The notes below the pieces were generated by a model. That model was given only the letters and a program-made list of their open reading frames with translations. It had not been told where the DNA came from and made no database searches. From contig SVIA01000004.1 of the NCBI GenBank assembly GCA_015055535.1, positions 1,421-65,420 of the forward strand: a DNA stretch of 64,000 nt, given 5' to 3'. The position numbers were made by a program, and so were the translations under genes. Origin of the DNA: Clostridiales bacterium (GTDB taxonomy: Bacteria; Bacillota; Clostridia; Christensenellales; UBA1242). The first letter of the stretch is position 1; every line of letters starts with the position of its first letter. Below, in pieces: positions 1 through 10,333 of this stretch.

Positions 1-24
1 TATATTTATTTCATATAAATATTT

Positions 25-1371
25 ATGAAAAATTTGTCATTTTTTAATAATATTAATAAAATTTATTTTATAGGTATTGGCGGAATTAGTATGAGTGCTT
101 TAGCTTGTATTATGAAAAATCACGGATTTAATATAAGCGGAAGTGATATAGTTAAAAGTGAAATCACCCAAAAACTAGAAAAAGAAAATATAAAAGTTAT
201 TTATAATCAGCAAGCAAAAAACATTAAAAAATTTCAGCCCGATTTAGTGGTTTATTCTGGAGCTATAAAAGAAGAAAATAAAGAGTTAAAATATGCAAGA
301 ATTCAAAATATTTATTGCTTAGAAAGAAATAAGTTTATTAAAGAATTATTATCGTTTTATAAAAATGTAATTTCAATAAGTGGAACACATGGAAAAAGTA
401 CAACAACTAGTATGATTAGTGAAATTTTTTTTAATGCAAAGTTAAACCCTACAGTTCATATAGGGGCAGAAAGTGTTAATTTAAATTCTAATTTTTTAGT
501 TGGCAAAAATAATTTTTTTATAAATGAAGCATGTGAATATAAAAAATCTTTTTTAGATTTTAAAAGTACACTTGGTGTAATATTAAATATAGAAGAAGAC
601 CACCCAGACTGTTATAAAAATTTAGATGAAATTAAAATTGCTTTTAATAATTTTGCATCAATTTGTAATAATATTGTTATAAATAGTGATTATGAAAACT
701 ATATAATAAATAATAACAAATTAACTTTTAATTTCAAAAATGCACTTTTTAGTGTAAGAAAAATTAAAAATTTATCTAATGGTGGTTATAGCTTTATTGT
801 TTTTAAAAATAATGTTTTTTACGAAAAATTTATATTAAATATTTTCGGAAAACACAACATTTTAAATGCTTTAGCAAGTATTTGTGTAGCAGATTTTTTT
901 AACATAGATAAAAACATTATTAAAAGTAGTTTATATAACTTTAAAGGTTTAAAAAGACGTTTTGAACAGTTTGATTCAAAAAAACTTGAAGGGAAAATAT
1001 ATTTTGATTATGCTCATCATCCTACAGAAATTAAAAAATTATTAGAGGAAGTAAAAATTTTTAACAAACCAGTTATTTGTGTTTTTCAACCTCATACTTA
1101 TTCTAGAACCAAAAAATATTTTGATGATTTTTTACAATCTTTTAAAAACACTTATCAAACAATTTTTTATAAAACTTATCACGCAAGAGAAAAGAAGATT
1201 AAAGGCGGACAAAGTAAAGATATTTATAATAAATTGAAGAAAAATTATAATGTATATTATTATAATTCTTTTTCTAAAATAATTAAACACTTAAAAAAAT
1301 ATGCCAAAATTAATTGTATTGTATTGTTTGTTGGAGCAGGGGATATTTATAACATAAAACAATATTTATAA
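25..1371 (+). CDS. murC: UDP-N-acetylmuramate--L-alanine ligase
   Basis: N-terminal IYFIGIGGISMSALA dinucleotide-binding motif, GTHGKSTT P-loop, Mur ligase length (448 aa). Confidence 0.9.
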   Translation: MKNLSFFNNINKIYFIGIGGISMSALACIMKNHGFNISGSDIVKSEITQKLEKENIKVIYNQQAKNIKKFQPDLVVYSGAIKEENKELKYARIQNIYCLERNKFIKELLSFYKNVISISGTHGKSTTTSMISEIFFNAKLNPTVHIGAESVNLNSNFLVGKNNFFINEACEYKKSFLDFKSTLGVILNIEEDHPDCYKNLDEIKIAFNNFASICNNIVINSDYENYIINNNKLTFNFKNALFSVRKIKNLSNGGYSFIVFKNNVFYEKFILNIFGKHNILNALASICVADFFNIDKNIIKSSLYNFKGLKRRFEQFDSKKLEGKIYFDYAHHPTEIKKLLEEVKIFNKPVICVFQPHTYSRTKKYFDDFLQSFKNTYQTIFYKTYHAREKKIKGGQSKDIYNKLKKNYNVYYYNSFSKIIKHLKKYAKINCIVLFVGAGDIYNIKQYL

Positions 1372-1452
1372 ATTTTAAGGTTTTGTTTTATCTTTTTTTA
1401 AGTTAAAAATTAAGCAATAAAATCAAAAAGTAAAAAAATAAATTAAAAAGTG

Positions 1453-1481
1453 TTGACTTTAAGTTTTGTTTATTATATAAT
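1453..1481 (+). promoter_or_regulatory. sigma-A type promoter upstream of rpmE
   Basis: TTGACT (1453-1458), 17 nt spacer, TATAAT (1476-1481), about 30 nt before the rpmE SD. Confidence 0.5.
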
Positions 1482-1511
1482 AAAACGTATTATAAGAAAA
1501 AGAGGTGTAGT

Positions 1512-1718
1512 ATGAAAAACGGTATTCATCCAAACTATCACGAAGTAGACGTAGTTTGTGCTTGTGGCGAAACTTTCAAAAGTAAATCAACTGTAAATGG
1601 TGATACAATTAGAGTTGAAATTTGTAATAAATGTCATCCTTTTTATACTGGTAAAAGAAAAATGGTTGACTCAAGTGGTAGAGTAGATAAATTTAAGAAA
1701 AAATTTAACATGGAATAG
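1512..1718 (+). CDS. rpmE: 50S ribosomal protein L31
   Basis: MKNGIHPNY start, CxxG...[10 protein letters not shown] zinc-ribbon motif, AGAGGTG SD. Confidence 0.95.
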   Translation: MKNGIHPNYHEVDVVCACGETFKSKSTVNGDTIRVEICNKCHPFYTGKRKMVDSSGRVDKFKKKFNME

Positions 1719-1807
1719 AAAAAGGTATTTACTAACATAGTTTGGCTGTTAAATAGTGCTAAATACGTAGTGAATGTTTTTCGGTAGATTTTTGCTAGAT
1801 GCATTAT

Positions 1808-1837
1808 AAACACAGCCTAAGCTGTGTTTTTATTTTT
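1808..1837 (+). terminator. Rho-independent terminator after rpmE
   Basis: aaacacagc-ctaa-gctgtgttt hairpin followed by a T-run. Confidence 0.7.
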
Positions 1838-1841
1838 AATT

Positions 1842-2651
1842 ATGGAATATAAGAATATAAAACAAGAATTAATTATATTATACGAAAAATTTAATAATAA
1901 AAACATTTTTGAGATAGATTATTTTTTAAGTTATTTTTTAAATAAAACAAATTTAGAGGTTAAATTTTATAATTTTAGTGAAAAAGAATATAAAAAACTT
2001 AAAAAAATTATTTTAAAACATTTAAAAACAAATATGCCTATACAAAAAATTTACAAGAAAGCTTATTTTTATAAACGTGAGTTTTTTGTAAATAATCATG
2101 TTTTAACTCCAAGATTTGATAGTGAGGTTTTAATAGAGTATATTTTAAATAAATCATTTAAAAATGTTTTAGATTTGTGTGCCGGTTCTGGTTGTCTTGG
2201 AATAACAATAAAAAAAGAAAAACCAGAAATTAATTTATCGCTTGCAGATATCAGCAATAAAGCATTAAGAGTTTGCAAAAAAAATTGTATAAAACACAAT
2301 GTTGACTTTAAATTGATAAAGACTAATATGTTTGAAAATATTAAAGATAAATATGATTTAATTATTTGTAATCCACCATATATAGAAACTGAGAATATAG
2401 AAAAATTAAATATAGAAGTAAAAAATTTTGATCCAATAATTAGTTTAGATGGTGGACAAGATGGTTTAAAATTTTATAATATAATTTTTGAAAATATTGA
2501 TAAATACTTATCAGATAATGGAAAATGTATTATTGAGATAGGATATAATCAAGGTCATTTGATAGAAAAATTTAAAACCAAATTTAAAAATGTAAAAAAA
2601 ATTGTTGATTATAACAATTTAGACAGAGCAATATATTTTGAAAAGGAGTAA
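1842..2651 (+). CDS. prmC: release factor glutamine N5-methyltransferase (HemK/PrmC)
   Basis: SAM-binding LDLCAGSGCLG and NPPY motifs. Sits directly upstream of prfA. The ATG at 1842 is preferred because the GTG at 1824 lies inside the rpmE terminator. Confidence 0.85.
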   Translation: MEYKNIKQELIILYEKFNNKNIFEIDYFLSYFLNKTNLEVKFYNFSEKEYKKLKKIILKHLKTNMPIQKIYKKAYFYKREFFVNNHVLTPRFDSEVLIEYILNKSFKNVLDLCAGSGCLGITIKKEKPEINLSLADISNKALRVCKKNCIKHNVDFKLIKTNMFENIKDKYDLIICNPPYIETENIEKLNIEVKNFDPIISLDGGQDGLKFYNIIFENIDKYLSDNGKCIIEIGYNQGHLIEKFKTKFKNVKKIVDYNNLDRAIYFEKE

Positions 2652-2657
2652 ATACTT

Positions 2658-3731
2658 ATGTTAGAAAAATTAAAATCTATTAAAGATAGATACGATGTAG
2701 TTTGTGAAAAACTTGTGTCGCCAGATATATTAAGTAATAATAAAGAGTATGTAAATCTTTGTAAAGAACAAAAAAATTTAGAGCCATTGGTTGATAAATA
2801 CAATGAATATAAAAAAGTTAAAGAAGATTTAATTGCAGCAGAAGAAATGGCTCAAATTGAAACTGGCGAAATGAAAGAGTTTTTAGAAGCGGAAATTTTA
2901 GAAAATAAAGAAAAAATTTTAAAATTAGATGATGAAATTAAAATTTTATTACTTCCTAAAGATGAAAATGATGATAAAAACGTAATCATAGAAATTCGTG
3001 CTGGTGCTGGTGGCGATGAAGCTGCTTTATTTGGTGCGGAAGTAATGAGAATGTATTTAAAGTTTGCCGAAAAGAAACGCTTTAAAGTTGAAGTTTACGA
3101 GTTAAACGACACTGAACTTGGTGGAGTTAAAGATGCAACTTTTAAAATTTCAGGTAATGGTGCTTATGCTCGTTTTAAATTTGAAAGTGGTGTTCATAGA
3201 GTTCAAAGAGTACCAGATACTGAAACACAAGGTAGAGTTCACACTTCAACTATCACTGTTGCTGTTTTACCTGAAGTAGAAGATGTTGAGTTTGAACTTG
3301 ATGAAAAAGAATTAAAAATTGATACTTGTAGAGCAAGTGGTGCAGGTGGACAACATATTAATAAAACAGAAAGCGCAATTAGAGTAACACACCTTCCAAC
3401 TGGCATTGTTGTTTATTGTCAAGACCAAAGAAGTCAAGTACAAAATAAAGAAACTGCTTTGAGAATTTTAAAAACAAAATTGTATGACAAATACAAAACA
3501 GAACAAGATGAAAAGTATGCTGAAAATCGTCGTACTCAAATAGGAACTGGTGATAGAAGCGAAAGAATTAGAACTTATAATTATCCTCAAGGAAGATTAA
3601 CAGACCATAGAATTAACTACACGGTGTATGCGTTAACTGAATTTTTAAATGGTGATATTGAAGAATTAATTGAACAGTTAACTATTGCAGATCAAAGAGC
3701 AAAACTTGAAAAAGGTATTGATGAAATATAG
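2658..3731 (+). CDS. prfA: peptide chain release factor 1
   Basis: SGAGGQHINKTESAIRVTHLPTG (GGQ motif), PxT-class RF1 architecture, 357 aa. Confidence 0.95.
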   Translation: MLEKLKSIKDRYDVVCEKLVSPDILSNNKEYVNLCKEQKNLEPLVDKYNEYKKVKEDLIAAEEMAQIETGEMKEFLEAEILENKEKILKLDDEIKILLLPKDENDDKNVIIEIRAGAGGDEAALFGAEVMRMYLKFAEKKRFKVEVYELNDTELGGVKDATFKISGNGAYARFKFESGVHRVQRVPDTETQGRVHTSTITVAVLPEVEDVEFELDEKELKIDTCRASGAGGQHINKTESAIRVTHLPTGIVVYCQDQRSQVQNKETALRILKTKLYDKYKTEQDEKYAENRRTQIGTGDRSERIRTYNYPQGRLTDHRINYTVYALTEFLNGDIEELIEQLTIADQRAKLEKGIDEI

Positions 3732-3754
3732 TTAAAAATTTATAATTAGAAGTA

Positions 3755-3786
3755 AAAAATCAAGCAATATTTTGCTTGATTTTTTA
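3755..3786. terminator. bidirectional hairpin terminator between prfA and the Cys-rich peptide gene
   Basis: atcaagcaa-tatt-ttgcttgat stem-loop flanked by an A-run and a T-run. Confidence 0.7.
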
Positions 3787-3817
3787 TGTTATAAATTTTT
3801 TGTAAAATATTTATGTC

Positions 3818-4039
3818 TTATGTAAAAAATCTTCTACAGCCACAACTATTACAAGAAGAACAACCGCAACTATTGCAATTATTGTTACTATTGCATCCGC
3901 ATCCACAACCATTATTATTTCCACTTAATGTTAAAAGTAGTAGTAATAAAAAGTTTGAATTTGTGTTTAAGTCAACATTGTTTGTTCCCGCAAAAATCGA
4001 AAGCAAAAGAACTAGTAAAACGTCTTGTGAAAAATCCAT
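3818..4039 (-). CDS. small Cys-rich membrane peptide (hydrophobic N-terminus, CGC-repeat C-terminus)
   Basis: Strong AAGGAGG SD 5 nt upstream of the ATG on the minus strand. Hydrophobic LLVLLLSIFAG segment, then GCGCGCNSNNNCNSCGCSSCNSCGC tail. Resembles FeoB-associated Cys-rich membrane peptides in layout. Confidence 0.6.
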   Translation of the reverse strand: MDFSQDVLLVLLLSIFAGTNNVDLNTNSNFLLLLLLTLSGNNNGCGCGCNSNNNCNSCGCSSCNSCGCRRFFT

Positions 4040-4154
4040 AAGGCCTCCTTTTCTACAAATTATTACTATAAAAGTATTTATGCGATATTTTTTTTAAATG
4101 TGCTAATATTCCCATATTTATAAATTTTGTTATAATAAATTTGGAGGTTAAATT

Positions 4155-4556
4155 ATGGTAAATTTAAATAAAATTTATAACAAAAAATTTGATGATGAAT
4201 TACCAGAGGATGAATTAAATTTAAAGAAAATAAAAGCCGAAGAAAGGATAGTTAAAGATATTAAATATTATCTTCCACAAGAAAAAGTTTTAAGACTCTT
4301 AGCTGAATTTTTTAGTATGTTTAGTGATGAAACACGTATTAAAATATTATCTGCTTTAGGAGTTAGCGAACTTTGTGTAAATGATATTGCTAATATTTTA
4401 AATTTAAATCAAACAACTGTAAGTCATCAATTAAAATTACTTAAGAGTGTCGGGGCTGTTAAGTTTAGGCGTGATGGAAAAACAATTTATTATTCAATAG
4501 CAGATAAGCAAATTAATGATTGTTTGCTTTCTGGTGTAAATTATGTAATGATGTAA
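4155..4556 (+). CDS. ArsR/SmtB family metalloregulator-like transcriptional repressor
   Basis: ELCVNDIANILNLNQTTVSHQLKLLKSVGAV winged-HTH signature typical of ArsR/SmtB. GGAGG SD. Confidence 0.85.
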   Translation: MVNLNKIYNKKFDDELPEDELNLKKIKAEERIVKDIKYYLPQEKVLRLLAEFFSMFSDETRIKILSALGVSELCVNDIANILNLNQTTVSHQLKLLKSVGAVKFRRDGKTIYYSIADKQINDCLLSGVNYVMM

Positions 4557-4560
4557 TACA

Positions 4561-4593
4561 TAAAAAAGAATGAAAAATTTTCATTCTTTTTTA
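4561..4593 (+). terminator. Rho-independent terminator after the ArsR-like gene
   Basis: agaatgaaaa-attt-tcattct hairpin plus T-run. Confidence 0.65.
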
Positions 4594-4676
4594 TTAAAAA
4601 TTATTTTAAAATAAATGTTAATAAATAAATTATTTTTTGATAGTAAAATAAAAATAATTTATGATATAATAATTAT

Positions 4677-6491
4677 ATGAATAATGTGATTTCAGAAAAA
4701 CTAAAAACACTTCCAGATTTTAGTGGTGTTTATTTAATGAAAGATAAAGATAATAATATTATATATGTAGGAAAAGCTAAAAATTTAAAAAAACGGGTTA
4801 ATCAATATTTTGATAAAAGAGAAAAAAATTTAAAAACCGAATTGCTTGTAAGTAATATTGCAAACTTTGATTATATTGTAACGAATAGTGAATACGATGC
4901 TTTAATGCTTGAAAATAATTTGATAAAAAAATATCAACCTCACTATAATATTTTGCTTAAAGATGGTAAAAATTTTGCCTATATTAAACTTGATTTAAAT
5001 AGACCTTTTCCTAAACTGGAAATTACAAGAAAAATAGATTTTAAAAAAAATATTAAATATTTTGGGCCGTATTTCAATGGTGTAACAGCAGCAATGGTTA
5101 TGGATTTAGTAAAATATGCTTATCCTTTAAGAAGTTGTAATCTTAGCTTTAAAAAACTTGAAAAAAGAGCATGTTTAAAATATTCAATTGGTGAGTGCTC
5201 GGCTCCATGTATAAATAAAATTGATAAAGTGAATTATAACAAAATAGTTGATGAAGTAATTAACTTTTTAAATGGTGATACTGAAAAAATAAAAGAAATT
5301 TTAACAAATAAAATGATAAATAGTGCATCTTTAGAAAATTTCGAAACAGCAATTGTTTATAAAAATCAACTTGAAGCATTGGATAAATTGAATAATAAAT
5401 ACACAACTCAATTTACTAAAAAATTAAATATAGATGTTATTGGGGAGTATTCATTAAATAACAGCGTATGTATTAGTGTTTTAATTATAAGAAATGGGAA
5501 AATGATAGGAGCTGAAAATTTTAATCTTTTAAATAAGTTTATAAATGATAACGACTTAATTGATTTTTTTGTACAGTACTATTCAAATAATAAAGTTCTT
5601 CCACATGAAATTTTAGTAAATTCTAGTTTTAAAAGTGAAATGTTATTAGAAGAATTTTTTATCAAGAATTTTGATAAAAAAGTTAATATTATAAAGCCAC
5701 AAAAAGCAAATAAAAAAGTATTGTTAGAAACGGCAAATAAAAATGCTAAAGAATATTTGGAAAAAAGTTTAAATTTAGAAACTTTAAAATTAGAGAGAAC
5801 TATTAATGCTTGTAAAGATTTACAAAAAAAATTATCTTTAAAGCAAATTCCTCTTAGAATAGAAGGATTTGATATTAGTAATATTTCAGGCACAAATAAG
5901 GTTGCTAGTATGGTCGTTTTTATAAATGGTGAGCCAGCAAAGAGTCATTATAGAAAATTTAAAATTAAAACTGTCGATGGAATAGATGATTTTTCTTGTA
6001 TGAAAGAAGTTGTAAAAAGAAGAATGGAAGAGCTAACAAAAAGCAAAGATGAAAGTTTTTCTAGTATTCCTAACTTAATTTTAATAGACGGTGGCAAAGG
6101 TCAGCTTTCTAGTGCAAGCGAAATTATAAGAGAATATAATAAAAATATTGATTTAATTTCACTTGCAGAAAAAAACGAAGAGATTTTTAAAGAAAATAGT
6201 AGTATTCCAATTATATTAAAACGCAGTGATTATAGCCTTCAACTTTTACAAAGGGTTAGAGATGAGGCTCATAGATATGCAATTACTTTTCATCGAAGTT
6301 TGAGAGGAAAAAACGGATTAAAGAGTATTCTTTCAGATATTCAAGGCATTGGAAAAGTAAAAATTAAAATTTTATTCAACGAATTTAAAACTATAGATAA
6401 TTTAAGAAATGCTAGCTATGAAGATTTAATTAAAATAAAAGGTATTACTAAAAAAGATGCTGAAAACATAATTAAATATTTTACTTCTTAA
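4677..6491 (+). CDS. uvrC: excinuclease ABC subunit C
   Basis: GIY-YIG N-terminus (GVYLMKD...IIYVGKAKNLKKRV), UvrC length, C-terminal HhH region. Confidence 0.95.
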   Translation: MNNVISEKLKTLPDFSGVYLMKDKDNNIIYVGKAKNLKKRVNQYFDKREKNLKTELLVSNIANFDYIVTNSEYDALMLENNLIKKYQPHYNILLKDGKNFAYIKLDLNRPFPKLEITRKIDFKKNIKYFGPYFNGVTAAMVMDLVKYAYPLRSCNLSFKKLEKRACLKYSIGECSAPCINKIDKVNYNKIVDEVINFLNGDTEKIKEILTNKMINSASLENFETAIVYKNQLEALDKLNNKYTTQFTKKLNIDVIGEYSLNNSVCISVLIIRNGKMIGAENFNLLNKFINDNDLIDFFVQYYSNNKVLPHEILVNSSFKSEMLLEEFFIKNFDKKVNIIKPQKANKKVLLETANKNAKEYLEKSLNLETLKLERTINACKDLQKKLSLKQIPLRIEGFDISNISGTNKVASMVVFINGEPAKSHYRKFKIKTVDGIDDFSCMKEVVKRRMEELTKSKDESFSSIPNLILIDGGKGQLSSASEIIREYNKNIDLISLAEKNEEIFKENSSIPIILKRSDYSLQLLQRVRDEAHRYAITFHRSLRGKNGLKSILSDIQGIGKVKIKILFNEFKTIDNLRNASYEDLIKIKGITKKDAENIIKYFTS

Positions 6492-6673
6492 GTGTTTTGT
6501 ATATATACTGTGTAAGATATTATATTTATTGTACTTTGTCGAATTGGTTAAAGGAGGCATTTATTAGAGTTTTGTAAAAAAGAAAATTAAAAATAATTTA
6601 AAAATTATTTTAATTAATAAAAAATTGCCTATGGCACAAACATATAAAATCATATTAATGAATAAAATTTAAT

Positions 6674-7744
6674 ATGGTTTTTTTTCGTAAATTTTTTTTA
6701 AAAATAATAATATCTACAATAATTATAGCGTTTTTAATAATATCTCCTTATCCATTATTTTCAAAAATTAATAAATTAAATTATTCTTTAAATAAAGTTT
6801 ATAATTTTAACTTTTCTGGTGTAATAGAACTTTGGAATGTAGACACTTTTGAGGGTGGAAGTGTAAGTCGAGCTGCATTTTTAGAAAAACGAGCAATAGA
6901 GTTTGAAAAGAAAAATAAAGGTGTTTTTATTTCTGTAAATAATTTAACATTAAATCAATTAAAACTAAACTTAGAAAAAGGTAAAAAACCACATATTATT
7001 ACTTTTGGCATTGGCGTAGAAGATATTTTTATAAACGATATAATTAGTTTAAATTCAGCATTTAATGTTAGAGATGATTTAATTAAATCTTCTATTGTTA
7101 ATGAAAAAATAAAAGCTATACCTATAATGATGGGTGGATATTCTTTAATTAGCAATAAAGAATTGACTTTTGGGGAATTTGATAAAGAAATTTTAGATGA
7201 ATTAGTTTATGCTACTACCGATTTTATAAATCCATTAATGAGTTTGTTTGTCAATAATATTAATGCAAAAAAGTTGACTGTAGAAAGTTTATCTAGTTTT
7301 GATGCTTACGATAAATTTATAAACAATAAATATAAAATTTTATTGGGAACTCAAAGAGATTATTATAGATGTAAAAACCGTGAAAACAATTTAAAAATGC
7401 AATGTGATTATAATGTTTTATCGGGGTTTAGTGACTTAATAGTTTATGCTTCAATTTTTAAATCTGAAAATAAAATTGAAAATATTTCTCAACTTTTTTT
7501 AGAATATTTATTAAGTAGTAGTGTTCAAACAAAGTTATCTAATATTAATATGTTTCCGGTAATACAAGCCAATATTTATACGGATAGTTTTTATAAAAAT
7601 TTTAACGAAAAATTATTAAAAGATATAAAAACTTTAAACGTCTTTTACTCTATAGAAACTTTAAATAATATTAAAGAGTTATTAATAAAAAATATTATAA
7701 ATAATGAAAATAATGAAAAAGAAATTTTAAAATATTTAATGTAG
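6674..7744 (+). CDS. membrane-anchored hypothetical protein (solute-binding-protein-like?)
   Basis: Long ORF with an N-terminal TM/signal anchor (IIISTIIIAFLIISPYPLF). No confident family assignment. Confidence 0.55.
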   Translation: MVFFRKFFLKIIISTIIIAFLIISPYPLFSKINKLNYSLNKVYNFNFSGVIELWNVDTFEGGSVSRAAFLEKRAIEFEKKNKGVFISVNNLTLNQLKLNLEKGKKPHIITFGIGVEDIFINDIISLNSAFNVRDDLIKSSIVNEKIKAIPIMMGGYSLISNKELTFGEFDKEILDELVYATTDFINPLMSLFVNNINAKKLTVESLSSFDAYDKFINNKYKILLGTQRDYYRCKNRENNLKMQCDYNVLSGFSDLIVYASIFKSENKIENISQLFLEYLLSSSVQTKLSNINMFPVIQANIYTDSFYKNFNEKLLKDIKTLNVFYSIETLNNIKELLIKNIINNENNEKEILKYLM

Positions 7745-7750
7745 GTGAAT

Positions 7751-8638
7751 ATGAAAAAACATTTTAATTTTTTTAAAAAAATTTTAAAAGAAAATTTTAT
7801 GGTAGATGCCGATTTAAAAAAGTTTACAAATTTTAAAATTGGCGGAACTGCGAAATTTTTATTATTACCAAACACTATTAAACAATGTGTTAAAGTTTTA
7901 AAATATTTATATAAAAATAAATTAGAGTATACTTGTTTGGGTAATGGAACTAATGTTTTAATTAGTGGAAATTTATATATTGTTGTTTGTTTTAAAAACT
8001 TGCAAAACTTAAAAGTAAAAAATAATTTAATATGTGCTGAAAGTGGTGTATCTCTTTTTAAGTTAAATGAGTTTGCCAAAGATAATTTTTTATCTGGATT
8101 AGAAAAAACTTATGGAATACCAGCAAGTGTTGGTGGAGCTGTGGTGCAAAACTGCGGTGCGTATGGACAAAATATTAGTGATAGCTTAAAAGAAGTTATA
8201 ATTTTTAATGGCGTGAAAATAAAAAAAGTAAAAAAAGAGAGTTTGTTTTTTGATTATAGAACTAGTATTTTTAAAAGTTTAAAGAGTTTAATAGTTTTGG
8301 GAGCTGTGTTTGAATTAAAATATGATGAAAAAGATAATATTAATAAAAGAATGCAAGATGTTTTTAAGTTGAGAAAGGCAAAACAACCATATGAATTTCC
8401 AAGCGCAGGAAGTGTTTTTAAAAGAGTAGATGGTGTTATTATTAGTAAGCTTATTGATGAGCTTGGCCTAAAAGGACTTGTTTTTGGTGGCGCTAAAATT
8501 AGTGAAAAACACGCTGGTTTTATTATTAATTATAATAATGCAACATATGATGATGTGATAAATTTAATAAATTTTGTAAAAAATAAAATAAAAATTGAAA
8601 AAAATATTGATTTAGAACTCGAAATTGTATTATTATAA
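7751..8638 (+). CDS. murB: UDP-N-acetylenolpyruvoylglucosamine reductase
   Basis: FKIGGTAKFLL FAD-binding N-terminus, GIPASVGGAV, SAGSVFK motifs. A GTG at 7745 is an alternative start. Confidence 0.9.
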   Translation: MKKHFNFFKKILKENFMVDADLKKFTNFKIGGTAKFLLLPNTIKQCVKVLKYLYKNKLEYTCLGNGTNVLISGNLYIVVCFKNLQNLKVKNNLICAESGVSLFKLNEFAKDNFLSGLEKTYGIPASVGGAVVQNCGAYGQNISDSLKEVIIFNGVKIKKVKKESLFFDYRTSIFKSLKSLIVLGAVFELKYDEKDNINKRMQDVFKLRKAKQPYEFPSAGSVFKRVDGVIISKLIDELGLKGLVFGGAKISEKHAGFIINYNNATYDDVINLINFVKNKIKIEKNIDLELEIVLL

Positions 8639-8642
8639 TAGT

Positions 8643-9347
8643 ATGAAATTACTTTACGATTATCATACGCATACAGTTTTTAGTCATGGTCTTGGAACTA
8701 TTGAAGAAAATGTAATAGTAGCTAAACAAAAAGGCTTAAGTGAAATTGCAATTACTGATCATGGTTTTGAGCATTTGGCTTATCCTGTTAAAAGAAAAAA
8801 ATTAAAAATTATGCGTGAAGAGTGTGATAGATTAACAAAAAAATATGGTATAAAAGTTTTACTTGGAATTGAGGCAAATTTGTTAGATAAAACAGGTAGA
8901 ATAGATATTATAGAAGAAGATAAAAAATATTTAGATATTATTCTTATGGGGTATCATAAACTTGTAAAACTAAAACCAAAGCAACTTTGGTTTTCTTTAA
9001 AAACCAAACTTTTAAAAACCAAAAAACAAATAGAAGAAAATACGGATGCATATATTAATGCAATTAATAAATATAATATAAAAGTTTTAACACATTTAAA
9101 TTATGGAATAAAAGTAAATATAAAACGCTTAGCGAAAGCTTGTAAAGAAAAAGGTGTTTTAATAGAATTAAACGGAAAAAGAATAAATTTTAACAAAGAA
9201 GAAATAGACTACATGAAAGAAATTGATACTAAATTTATTGTAAATTCAGATGCACATAGACCTAAAAAAGTGGGAGAAACAAATATTGGATTTAATTTTA
9301 TAATAAAAAACAATATAAAGTTTAGTAATGTAGTTAACATAGGATAA
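8643..9347 (+). CDS. PHP-domain phosphoesterase (histidinol-phosphatase family)
   Basis: YDYHTHTVFSHG N-terminal PHP metal motif and DHG, SDAH motifs. Confidence 0.75.
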   Translation: MKLLYDYHTHTVFSHGLGTIEENVIVAKQKGLSEIAITDHGFEHLAYPVKRKKLKIMREECDRLTKKYGIKVLLGIEANLLDKTGRIDIIEEDKKYLDIILMGYHKLVKLKPKQLWFSLKTKLLKTKKQIEENTDAYINAINKYNIKVLTHLNYGIKVNIKRLAKACKEKGVLIELNGKRINFNKEEIDYMKEIDTKFIVNSDAHRPKKVGETNIGFNFIIKNNIKFSNVVNIG

Positions 9348-9348
9348 T

Positions 9349-10281
9349 ATGAATTTTTTAATTAATGCTAAAAAGGAAGTTTCAAAAAACTTAAAAAAGT
9401 CATTAAACTCAAATAATAGTTTGAGTTTTTTGTATGCTTTATTTAAAACTATTGGTGAAATTAATTTAGTTGCTAGCGAAATTAATTTTATTACTAATAA
9501 TGAGGAGATTTTTGCTTTAACAAACATAGCATTAAAAAAACTTAATTTTTTAGAGGCTGAGTTTGAAATTGATGATGATAAAATTTTTAATAACGCAGTT
9601 AAATATAAAATTATTATAAATAAAAAAACAAGCGAATGCTTGTTAAATGAATTTGTTTATAAAACTGATTTTAAATTTAATGATGAATTAACAAAAACTG
9701 AAGTTCAAAAAGTCGAATTTTTAAAGGGGATTTTTTTAACTACCATAACTGGTAACATTAGTTTAAATAAAGAAACGAGTGGTTATTTAATGGAATTTGT
9801 TTTAAATGATGAATTATTAAGTAGTGAATTAAGTTGTATTTTAAGTGAATTTGATATTTTTGTAAAAAAAGTTGTTAGGAATAAGCAATTTGTTATATAT
9901 ATTAATAAGTTTGATATTATTTCTGATGTATTAGCTTTAGTTGGAGCAAATAATAGTATGCTTGCTATAAATAATGAAAATGCAATTAGAAGCGTTAGAA
10001 ATAATATAAATAGACAAAACAATTGTTTAGAAGCAAATATTAATAAAACTATTAATGCAAGTTTAAAACAGTTAGATGCAATTAATTTTATTGATAGCAC
10101 TATAGGAATTAACAATTTAGATAGTTCGCTTCAAGAAATTTGTTTATTAAGACTTGCTAATAAAGAGGAAAGTTTAGATAACCTAGTAAAACTTTTAAAT
10201 GGTAAAATTAGCAAAAGCGGATTAAATCATAGATTTAATAAAATTATTAAAATTAGTAATGAGTTAAAAGATAAATTTTAA
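9349..10281 (+). CDS. whiA: DNA-binding protein WhiA
   Basis: ~310 aa, degenerate LAGLIDADG-like core (FLKGIFLTTITGNIS) and C-terminal HTH (SKSGLNHRFNKI). Confidence 0.8.
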   Translation: MNFLINAKKEVSKNLKKSLNSNNSLSFLYALFKTIGEINLVASEINFITNNEEIFALTNIALKKLNFLEAEFEIDDDKIFNNAVKYKIIINKKTSECLLNEFVYKTDFKFNDELTKTEVQKVEFLKGIFLTTITGNISLNKETSGYLMEFVLNDELLSSELSCILSEFDIFVKKVVRNKQFVIYINKFDIISDVLALVGANNSMLAINNENAIRSVRNNINRQNNCLEANINKTINASLKQLDAINFIDSTIGINNLDSSLQEICLLRLANKEESLDNLVKLLNGKISKSGLNHRFNKIIKISNELKDKF

Positions 10282-10333
10282 AAATTTATCTTTTTTAATT
10301 AAAAAAAATAAAATATTGTGATATACTCATATT

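Noticed and set aside
3813-4097. Plus-strand 94-aa ORF (Q/L/P-rich) overlapping the Cys-rich peptide gene
   Set aside because: It has no SD and a low-complexity product that is the antisense reading of the Cys-codon repeats. The minus-strand ORF has a near-perfect AAGGAGG SD and a sensible TM plus Cys-tail layout.
6490-6673. AAAGGAGG sequence at ~6551-6558 in the uvrC-downstream spacer, as the SD of a missed small gene
   Set aside because: No ATG, GTG or TTG at suitable spacing is followed by an ORF of meaningful length.
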